Notes under the pieces: model-generated
Databases searched by the model: none
What the model was told of the DNA's origin: nothing
What the model saw: the letters and a program-made list of their open reading frames with translations, nothing else
Position numbers and translations under genes: made by a program
Assembly (NCBI GenBank): GCA_026936335.1
Contig: JAPMXV010000005.1
Span: forward strand, 186,001 to 250,000
Source of the DNA: Mantamonas sphyraenae STR306
Taxonomy: Eukaryota; Protista; CRuMs
Direction: 5' to 3'
DNA: 64,000 bases
Shown: positions 9,201 through 18,985 of the stretch, piece after piece
How the letters are laid out: every line of letters starts with the position of its first letter
How positions within the stretch are numbered: position 1 is the stretch's first letter

Positions 9201-12200
9201 CCTGCGGTGGCCACGTTTGTGTCGTCGACACAGATTGTGTGCACCGCGCCCGAGTCGCCCGTGGGCACGGTGGCTGTGGAGGTGTCGAACAATCGTCAGA
9301 CGTACAGCAGCAACGGCCTGCAGTTTCGCTTCCGACAATCGTTCTCGCCCAGCTGCCGCACCACAGGCGAGCTCAGTCTGGGTGTCAACGAACGCACGGA
9401 AGCAGGTCTACGCTACTTGCCCAACCTGTTGCTGGGTGCAAACGTGTCGTCCATCACCACCCTGCGTGGCGACGGGTTGTTTCCTCAGGGGCTGTTTGAC
9501 GGCGACCGATGCTGCCAGAGCACAGGCGTCACCGCGGGCTTCAAGTGCGGTGCCACCTTTGCACGCGTGCAAGACGGCGCTGAGTACGCCAGCATGACGG
9601 TGGCGCTGCCTGTGCGCGCGTATGTGAACGAAATCGTCACGGCGTGGTATCAGCCCTGCCGCAACCTGCCCAAACCCACCTACGAGCTGTTGTACAAGGA
9701 TCCGGTTTCGTCCACATGGAAGGTGCGCGTGACACGTGCGTTGAGTGCGACGTTTGGCGGCGGACAACAGCCCTGTGCGGTGATTCCGGGTGACACGGGC
9801 GAGGTGGCGCTGTGCCTTGACTTTTTCGAACCTGTGGAGACGCAGGAACTGATGCTGCGGTTCAACAACAGCGCAAGCAGCATGGGCGCGCTGCCGGCAG
9901 ACACAGACGGCGGCTGGCTGTTTGAGTTTGAGGCGCACGGCAAGGACGTGGATGTGCCCGTGGCCCTGCGCTTTGCCGGCAGCGGTAGCCTGAACTTCAC
10001 GCTGGCCTCGGACGCCGTGGTGAGTCTGCCTGCGTTTGATGTGGTGAGCATCGATGTGGCGGGCAAGGTGCTGGGTGGGCGTGACAGCAACACGACGCAG
10101 GTGCGCGTGGTGCTGAAGCGAGGCAGCGGGGCGTCGGCCACAGTGCTGGCTGACAGCGAGGTGCTCGGCACTCCTGTACGGGACGTGAATGTGACCCAAG
10201 GTGCAGCGAATGTGACCGGATTGGCCCTGCGTGCGCCACGCGCGGGTGTCTACACGCTCGCCATCGAGTCAGGAACTTTGGACTCGCTCACATACGTGTT
10301 TTCGGTGGCCGTGGGCGTGCCACGCAGCGTAGAGCTGTGTGGCGGCACGGGCAGCGGCGCAATGACCGTGGCTGTGCGTGCGCTGACGTCGTTGCCTGCA
10401 CGTGACGTGTGTGCGTTTGACGGTGGCCACAACGCGGTGGGCGCGAGTGACACAACCGTGCGGACAGTGACCGTGGCGCTGACCAACGCGCTGAGCACAA
10501 GCCACACGCTGACGCAGAGCGCAGGCGGTTACTCCATGGTGCAAGGCGTGGCCACAGTGGACAACCTTGCGCTGGTGACGCCTGCCGTGGGCCAAAACCA
10601 GGTCAACATCAGCGTGGCGGGCGTGGGCAGCGTGACGTTTACAGTCACTCTCGTGCCGGGTCCGGTGGTGGCGCTGCGTGTGGACACGGCGGCACTGGTG
10701 GGCGTGCGTACGTCGTCCAACGTGAGTTTGCCCACGCTGTCGTTGTCTGCATTGGATGCAGGCGGCGCAGTGACGACCGACACCGCAGGACTTGTGGCGT
10801 CTGTGCGCGGTGCAAACGCGTCCCTTGTGCTGTCGGGCAGCTTGTCGGCGTTGCCTGTGGCCGGACGCATCGAGTTTGCGTCCATGTTTGCCACATGGCC
10901 TGCGCCGGGCACGTACGTGCTTGAGTTCAACAGCGGCATTGGGACGCCCACGACAGGCGACTCGCTGTCTGTCACCGTCGTTGCCGGACAGCCGAGTGCC
11001 ATGGACGTGGTGTCGCCCAGCAACGTGAGCGTGGGTGTGGTGGAGCGTGTCGAACTGCCCACCGTGCAGCTTGTGCTTCGCGACGGACTGGGATCCCTTG
11101 TGGGCGCCCTGGACGCAGGCAACACCCGTCCCGTGGTCGCCTCGTGGTCCGACGCCTCGGTGGTGCTCACTGGCACCACAAGCTCCTTTGCTCTGGGAGC
11201 AGCCTCGTTTGATGCGCTGGTGGTGCGTCTGCCACGCGCAGGTACGGCCAGTGTTGTGTTTGCCTCGTCGGGTCTCTCGTCTGCCTCGCTGCCCGTGTCG
11301 ATCACTCCGGGCACACCTGCGACCATGCGTGTGGCCTACATTACGCTGGACCAGCAATTGCCGTCCATCGTGGCCACGCGCATCACGCCTGCCTCGTTGA
11401 CCCTGCACGATGTGGCCGACAACCGCGTGCCAGGGCGACTGGCGTCTGCATTGCGTGTCAATGTCACCCTGGCCGGCGTGGACGTGGCCACCAGTGGCGT
11501 CGATGCCAGTGGCGTGCAACTCACAGGCACACTGAACCAGCAGTTTGGCGACGGAATCGATCGCCTGGACTACAGCGATTGGGAATTGGGTGCGCCCGTG
11601 CATGGCAACTACACTTTGCGTTTCACGGCGTACACCAGCAGCGGTGCAGCACAGAGCCAAGTCGCACCGGTGCACCTTGTGGCTCGTGTGGGACCTGGTC
11701 CGCCTGCAAAGTTGGCCATTCACGTGCCTCCGCCTGCAGGTGTCTCACTGCCGTCCGTGGCTGCCACACGTTTGCCTGCCTTTGTGGTGACCGTGCAGGA
11801 CGCAGGTGGCGCCGTGTTGGAACTGGTCGACGAGGAGGAGCAACAGAACGTGACGGTGTCGCTTCTGCCCGCGTCCAGCGGCCAGTACACGCTGCTGGGC
11901 GACGCAGTGTTGTCCAACGCCACGGGCATGGCCGAATTTGACGCTCTGGTGCTTGTGGCCCCGCGTGCGGGTGTGGTGCAGCTTGAGGTGACCAGCGACG
12001 GCGTGACAGGCACCGCGTTGAACGTGACTGTGCGCGAGGGTCCTGCACATGCATTGCTGCTGTCCGGGGTCACACCCATGCAAGCGTTCCAATCCGCACA
12101 GGCGACCCAGTTGCCCACCATGACGGTGGAGGCAGTGGATGTCGGTGGCAACCGCGTGGGTGCAAGTGACACCCTGGACCGCACCGTGCGCCTGCGCTTC

Positions 12201-15200
12201 AGCAACGCCACACAGGACGCCCTGGTTGCCGCCAGTGCAGCTGTTCCGGCACTGCAGGGCAACACCGTGTCCCTGATGAGCGATGGCATCTGTGCCCTGC
12301 TTGGCGTCACCATCCGCTCGCCGCCTCGGGGACGCTACGAGTTGCAAGTCAGCACGCCCGACTTGCTGCCTGCCTCGGTGACCATCGACATTGGTCCAGG
12401 CTCTGCGACTCGCCTGCAGCTCATGTCTGCGTCGACGGTGCAGCTCACAAGTGTGGCTGGCTCGGGCATGCCGCTGCCGCCTGTCACGGTGCACACGGTG
12501 GATGCAGGTGGCAACTGGGTGCCTCCGGGACTGCCTGGCACAGTGCTCACGGCCCACTTGGCGCTTCGCAGCGCAAGCACAGGCGTGGTGGCTCTGGGGG
12601 ACGTGTTGGTGTCGCCACAGACGACGTGGCAAGCCAACGTGAGTGCCAACGGCACAGTGACGCTTGCCAACGTGGCAATGACCACGCGTGCAGGAACATA
12701 CAGCCTGGCCGTGCGGGCTGGAGGTCTGGACGAGGCGCACGTGGACGTGACGGTACATCCGGGTGCTCCGGCACGGGGAGTCGCGTTGAGCGGCAGTGCC
12801 ACGCCCGTTTCGGACAACGTGGCCGTGTTGAACACGATGCGTGTGCAGTTGTACGACGTGAATGGCAACGCGGCGTTGAACGCCAACGGAACGGTGTTGG
12901 GACTGCGTGCGGTGCCCGACGACGCCGAGGTGCAGGGGACGGTGCTGCGTGGGTCTGTGTTGGGAATGGTGACGTGGAACGACGTGGTGCTTGTGGGACG
13001 CCATGGGGCCAACTACACACTGGAGGCGTACGCAGTGGACACGTCGTTGGGCATGGCCGCAGTGTCGGTGTCGCAAACACGCGTGGCCGAGTGTGAGACG
13101 TTGCGCACGGGCAGTGTGCCGGATGAAAACAGCGGCCGCACGTGTTTGTGTGCACGTGGCTACTACCAAAACAGTAAGCAGGCGTGCGAACCGTGTCAGG
13201 CCGGCACGTACAACCCGACCCTAGGCCAGGAGGCGTGCCTGTCGTGCCCGGGCAACACAGACACGGCGGGCAACTTTGGCATGACACGTGAGGCGGATTG
13301 CCGCTGCAAGCTGGGCTTCTATCAGCCGGGCAGCGATCCCACCGTGTGCAACAAGTGCGAAGAGGGTGCCGTGTGCGACGGAGGCTCAGCCATCATTGCC
13401 GACGTGGGTTTCTGGCGCGTGTCCCCAACCTCGCGTGTGTTTTACGACTGCCCCAACCCGGCTGCGTGTGTGGGCGGTGCCAACGCAAGCTGCGCCGTAG
13501 GCTACGAGGGCCCGCTGTGCTCTGTGTGTTCGGCGGGCTATGGCAAGTTTGGCACCGAGTGCACGCCCTGTGGCGATGGCGCAGTGAATTGGTTCTTGGT
13601 GTGTTGTTTGTGCTGTGCGGTGTGGCGCTGCTGTACTTTCTGGTCAACACGGCAAGTGGGCCCAAGAGCGACTATTCGATCATTGTCAAGATCATGCTCA
13701 ACTACCTCCAGGTCATTGCCTTTGTGGGCGACTTTAGCACACGCTGGCCCTCACTGGTGCAGGGACTGTTTGACACGATGGGTCTGGCGCTGTTTTCCCT
13801 CAACTTGCACCCTGTCGATTGTGCGTTTGGCATGACGTTCTACGACCGATTCACGCTGTACATGATCTTTCCATTCCTGGCCATCGGCGGCATTGCCGTC
13901 TTCTTCCTGACGTTGTATGCGGTGCGTCGGTGGTACAGGGGTGGCAAGCACATGCTGCGGTATGCGGTGGAACATGCCCACGGCGACAGCGCAAAGGGGT
14001 TCACTCTGCAGCTGGAGGCAGCCACGTCGAGTGTGCACGCAGAGGTGTTTTTGCGCCGCGAGATGATCAAACTGTACTCGGTGACTGTGCTTGTGATCCT
14101 CTTTATTGCCCATCCCGTCATCACGAAGCAGGTGTTTCAGATCTTCAACTGCGCCGTGTTTGACCAGAACCAAACGTACCTGTGGAGCGATCTGCGCATC
14201 TCGTGCACAGACCCCACGTACCTGTCATACCGCGTGTGGGGCATTGTCATGGCGGCTGCATACTGTGTGGGCTCGCCCCTCCTGTTGACCGCCCCTTTTG
14301 TGGCGCAAGCGCGACCAGCTGAACACAGAATCGGTGCGCCAGCGCTTCCGCTTCATCTACGAAGGGTACAAGCCACGCCACTTTTACTGGGAGACAGTCA
14401 TCCTGTTCCGCAAGCTGCTGGTGGTGGCTGTGATTGTGTTTTGGCGCTCGAGGCCGCTGACGCAGATGTACTACGGCCTGTGGGTGATGATTGCGGCGCT
14501 GGTGTGTCACATGTACGCCAAGCCGTTTGCTACGCATCTGACGTCGCGGCTGGAGAGCGTGTCGCTGATTGTGACTGTGATCACGCTGATGTCCGGGATG
14601 TTGTACCTGACACCCGGGGAGGTGGATGCAGACGGCACGGCGCTGCTGACCACGATCCTGCTGTCGCTGAACGCAACGCTGTTTGTTGTGTTTACTGTGA
14701 TTTTGGCGCACGGGTTCTACCAGGTGACACGAAAGCAGAAGCTTGTGGCACGAATGGGCAAGGCGCTGGAAAAGGTGAATGTGGACAAGCTGCGGCGTGC
14801 GTCGACGGCGCTGGACTTTGGGCGACCCAAGGCGTCGTCGAACGCAGAGAACAAGGAGCAGGAGAGAGAACGGCGTCGGCTGGTGGTGGGCGGTGTCACG
14901 CTGGAGCGGACGATGTTTGAAAAGGCGGACAAGTTGCGGCGGGCACACAAGGCAGGACGCTTCCGCAACGACATGCATCGCATCGCGTACAACATGCTGG
15001 AGGCGCATGACGACCATGATGTGTATGTGGAGATTGTGGAGCTGTTTACGCCGTACGAGAACACCGCGCTGGGTGTAGGAGATGGAGGGGAAAACGGTGA
15101 CGACGAGCAAGAGGAGGAGGGGGAGTATGGTGTGGCAGATGGACGGGTGGAGAAGAACGGGGACGGGGTTTCCGCAGATGATGTGTTTGAAATGATGAGT

Positions 15201-15326
15201 GCCACGCAGTCGTCCAAGTCGCCGTTGGCGGAGGCGGACGAGAGGGATGGTGGAGAGGATGTGGAGATGCAGACGTTGAGGGAGGAGGGGAGTGTGGAGG
15301 AGCGGGAGGAGGAGGAGGAGGATTGA
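6202..15326 (+). CDS. Giant surface membrane protein: signal peptide, LamG-like domain, filamin/Ig-like repeats, IPT/TIG domains, Cys-containing discoidin-like domain, Ig-like repeats, Cys-rich (GCC2/GCC3, TNFR-like) region, multi-TM C-terminus
   Basis: Several small 5' exons. LamG motifs FTLSMWVKT, WHFVV, GFNGLIDDIRF. IPT motifs GTRITVTGTNF and GPTFGGFPVTVTGTEF. CEPCQAGTYN..GQEACLSCP; GYEGPLCSVC; KIMLNYLQVI; FIYEGYK..FYWETVILFRKLL. Apparent frameshifts at ~13598 and ~14293. Confidence 0.85.
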
Positions 15327-15387
15327 GGGGACATTGTTGCACTCAACAAAGCATCATCCAACCCACCCGTCCATGTTCCCAAAGCAC

Positions 15388-15650
15388 ACACAATGACCCA
15401 CAGTCGGCACTGGGAACCATACGTAAAAAAGGAGCCAAGCCGAGAAAGCAAAAAGAGAATTACCAACGTCACAGCCAATTCCCTTGAGGTCCCCCATCAA
15501 AGTACTACGGCTGCCATCTCCAGCTTAACGGTGGGGTTCGGCAGGGACCCTGTGCTTTCTGGAGTGTTTGAACGTTGGTTACTTCTCCTTTGCTGCCCCT
15601 CCACCTACACCCTGCGCCAAACCTACTGCCCCGCGCGCACTTGCGACCGG
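15388..15650 (-). repeat. ~260-bp 5S cassette (upstream flank, 5S, terminator, hairpin) homologous to ~1482-1745
   Basis: Shared flanks CGGTCGCAAGTGCGCGCGGGGCAGTAGGTTTGGCGCAGGGTGTA upstream and CGGCTTGGCTC...CGTATGGTTCCCAGTGCCGACTGTGGGTCATTGTGT downstream. Confidence 0.9.
15462..15579 (-). rRNA. 5S rRNA: 5S rRNA gene, copy 3
   Basis: Reverse complement is identical to 1552-1669. Confidence 0.95.
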
Positions 15651-15748
15651 CCATTTCCACCCAAATCCATCCACAAAACTCTCCCGCGCCTTCTCCCGAC
15701 CCACACAGCCCCACCAAACACACATTGCATTGGAATTCTTCTTGTTAT

Positions 15749-16615
15749 TTATCCGCCAAACTTGCTCAGGAACTCCTGGGCCACCACACGCGCGCGCGGC
15801 CGTTCACAGAGAGCTTCATCTCGCTGATCTCCTTGTCAATGTCCTGCATAAACTGGATGATAAAGTCGACCAGCTTGTGCTTGTACATGCCTCCGTGTGA
15901 AAGTTCGTCAGCAGGAAGCTGATGTCGTATCCCTGTGTGTTCACGCCGCATCGTGTGTGTCAGCCGTGTGGCCCGTCCCTTTCCTTGCTCGCTCATTCTT
16001 TTCCCCTCTTTTCCCTCCTCCCCCTGGCCCGTTTCTCTCCTCCCACGCGCTGTCCTGCCCACCCGCACATCTGCCTGCCTCCCATCTTCGCCCCCTGCCT
16101 CTCTCCACTCCACCTCTCCGTCACAGGCCTCCACTTGTCCCGTCTATCCTCTGTGCAGACCCGGTTTGCCCCTGATGTCCTGCAAAATATTTCCCTCTGA
16201 GAGATCAAACCCCTCCCCTTATTTTCCCTCCGGGTCCTCGTCAAGGCCTCTCTCTGTCTGTCCATCATGTCACACCAGCACCTACCTCCACAGGCACGCG
16301 ACGCAGGATGACAAAGTTCTCTGCACGCTGCGTCAGGAACCGCATGAACTTCTTAGCCAGAATCACCTCGATCTCGTCCGCCTTCTTGATCTTGATCGAC
16401 ACACGCATCGAGTTGACCGCCGGCTCGATCAGACACTTTTCGTTCTCGTTACGCGAGATGCACACCGGGTTCAGCAGCAGCTCCTTGTTGTTGCGCATCT
16501 CAATCTCAGGCTTGTTGTGGCGCTCCACCACCTGCGAGCCAAAGTTCTCCAGGCACATGGCCGCCGTCAGCGTGTGCCGGATGCAGTCAAGGTATGGTTT
16601 CAGAGTGTTTGCCAT
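15749..16615 (-). CDS. ARPC4: Arp2/3 complex subunit 4 (2 exons; two apparent indel errors in exon 2)
   Basis: [39 protein letters not shown]...[22 protein letters not shown] | [52 protein letters not shown]. Intron ~15933-16285. Confidence 0.95.
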
Positions 16616-16863
16616 GTTTGTTCCTCTGCACGGGGGTTGGCTTTTTTGGGTTTTTGTGTGCTTCAGCCCACGCGACTTTGCTTTCATCATCGCCCACAAG
16701 CATGCAACGCAGACGCCCTCTACCCATCCACCCACCCACCGCCCCCTCCCTCCTTTCCCCCTCTTCCCGATTCCTTCTCGTCTCTCCCCACCCACCAACA
16801 CATGGACTTGCCTCACCGCCAACGCCACTGCCAGACCCAACCCAAATTCAAAAAGACTTCATC

Positions 16864-18900
16864 ATGGGTAAGTGCACCATCTCCCCCCTAACCCCCCCTA
16901 CCCCCCCTCCCCCCTTTCCATCCTCCATCAACCCACCCCACTCGCTCCTGCACCACCTCCTGCGTGCCCCGACTTCCAATCCCGCGGCCGACCGAATTTT
17001 GCAATCCGCCCAGCGCCCTCTTCTTTCCCACCCGCCTGCGCCTCACACACCCACCCCCGCTCCTCCCTCGCCACCCCACCAGTTCGCTTTCTGGACATTC
17101 TGAAGCCCGCCATGTTTGTGGTGCCCGAGATCGAGTCGCCCACCGGCAAGGTGCGTTTCGCGTGCATGACACGTGGCCCTCTCATCTCCCCTCCCGTTTT
17201 CATCCTCCCGCTACCCCCTTCTCCCGTCCCCCGTCTCTCCTGCTGACTCTCCTGCCTCCCCACCCGCCTTCCCGCAAACACCCCCCGACCCCCCCCCCCG
17301 TCCGCACCATCCCAGGTGGAGTTCAAGCGACGTGTCATGTTCACCCTGTTGACGCTCGTCCTCTTCCTCGTCTGCTGCCAGATGCCCCTCTACGGCATCA
17401 AGGTCTCCAAGAGCGCTGACCCCTTCTACTGGATGCGTGTCATCCTCGCCTCCAACCGTGGTACCCTCATGGAGCTTGGCATCTCCCCCATTGTCACTTC
17501 CGGCATGGTCATGCAGCTCCTCGCCGGTAGCAAGCTCATCGACGTCGACCAGGGCATCAAGGCCGATCGCGAACTCTTCCAGGGCGCTCAGAAGCGTATG
17601 TGACCCTCTCTTCTTCCCTCTCCCTCCTCCCCTCCCCCTCTCTCTGTCTCTCGGCCTTTCCATCCTCCACCTCCTTGGATCCCTTTCTCCTCTTCTATGG
17701 TCCCCCTTGCTCCTTCTCCTTCCAACGGACATGCATGTTTTCCCTCCCTTGCTCCTTTCCCCCTTTCCCCTCTTCCCTCCCTGTCTACGTCCCTCCTCCT
17801 CACACCGGCTCTCCTCCCTCCTCCGCACAGTCGTCGGCATCATCATCACCCTTGTCGAGGGTGTGGCCTACATCATGTCCGGCATGTACGGCGACCTGAA
17901 CGACCTCGGTGTCGGCAACGCCGTCATCATCCTCCTCCAGCTCGTCTTTGCCGGCTTTGTCGTCATCCTCATGGACGAGCTGCTGCAGAAGGGCTACGGC
18001 CTGGGCTCGGGCATCTCGCTCTTCATTGCCACCAACATCTGCGAGACCATTGTGTGGAAGGCGTTCTCGCCCACCACCATCAACACCGGCCGCGGCACAG
18101 AGTTTGAGGGTGCCATCATTGCCCTCTTCCACCTCTTGGTCGCACGTACCGACAAGGTGCGCGCCCTCAACGAGGCCTTCTACCGCCAGAACCTGCCCAA
18201 CGTCACCAACCTCCTCGCCACCGTCTTGGTCTTTTTCGTCGTCATCTACTTCCAGGGTTTCCATGTCGACATCCCCATTTCCAACTCGCGTGTCCGAGGC
18301 GCCGGCCAGACCTACCCCATCAAGCTCTTCTACACCAGCAACATCCCCATCATTCTGCAGAGCGCCATGATCTCCAACCTCTACTTTTTCTCCCAGCTTC
18401 TCTACAAGCGCTACAGCACAAACTTCTTTGTGCGCCTCATGGGCACCTGGCAGGAGTACGAGACCGGACAGGGTGGCACCCAGAGCATCCCCGTCGGTGG
18501 TCTCGCCTACTACGTCTCGCCCCCGAGCTCCCTCATGGAGGTCATCACCGACCCCTTCCACACCTTTGTCTACCTTGCCTTCTTCCTCGGCACCTGTGCT
18601 CTCCTGTCCCGTCTGTGGATCGACGTCTCTGGTAGCTCCGCCAAGGACGTTGCCAAGCAGCTCAAGGAGCAGGGCATGACCATGAAGGGCATGCGCGACC
18701 CGGCCATGATCAACTACCTCAACATGTACATCCCCACCGCCGCTACCTTTGGTGGTCTGTGCATCGGTGCCCTCTCCGTCTCCGCCGACTTTCTCGGCGC
18801 CATCGGTTCCGGCACGGGTATCCTCCTCGCCGTCACCATCATCCACTCCTACTTTGAGCTCTTTGTCAAGGAGCAGGACAAGTTTGGTTCCATCTTCTAA
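16864..18900 (+). CDS. SEC61A: Protein transport protein Sec61 subunit alpha (4 exons)
   Basis: ATG G|gtaagt, then exons from 17083, ~17317 and 17831. [86 protein letters not shown]. Confidence 0.98.
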
Positions 18901-18985
18901 ACGGATGTTGAACGCTGAGACCAACCAACAAAAAGAATGCTTTCATGCAAAGTTCACCAGTCATTGCTCTCCACTCATTCATTGC

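Noticed and set aside
15393-15900. ORFs overlapping the 5S cassettes (e.g. MTHSRHWEPY..., MAVTLVILF..., MNVGYF...) and the first ~65 aa of ORF 1912..5838
   Set aside because: These are translations of the repeated rRNA cassette, not proteins.
15749-16615. ARPC4 as a pseudogene
   Set aside because: The protein sequence is highly conserved on both sides of the shifts, and similar indels occur in several unrelated genes, which favours assembly error.
16985-17010. AATTTTG Sm-site-like motif in SEC61A intron 1 (possible SL RNA or snRNA)
   Set aside because: A single short motif with no supporting repeat, leader or convincing stem-loop context.
17800-18924. Long antisense and alternate-frame ORFs (also 20142-21980, 30105-31397, 38245-40509, 58897-60708)
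   Set aside because: These are shadows of GC-rich, codon-biased genes on the opposite strand, with no independent motifs.
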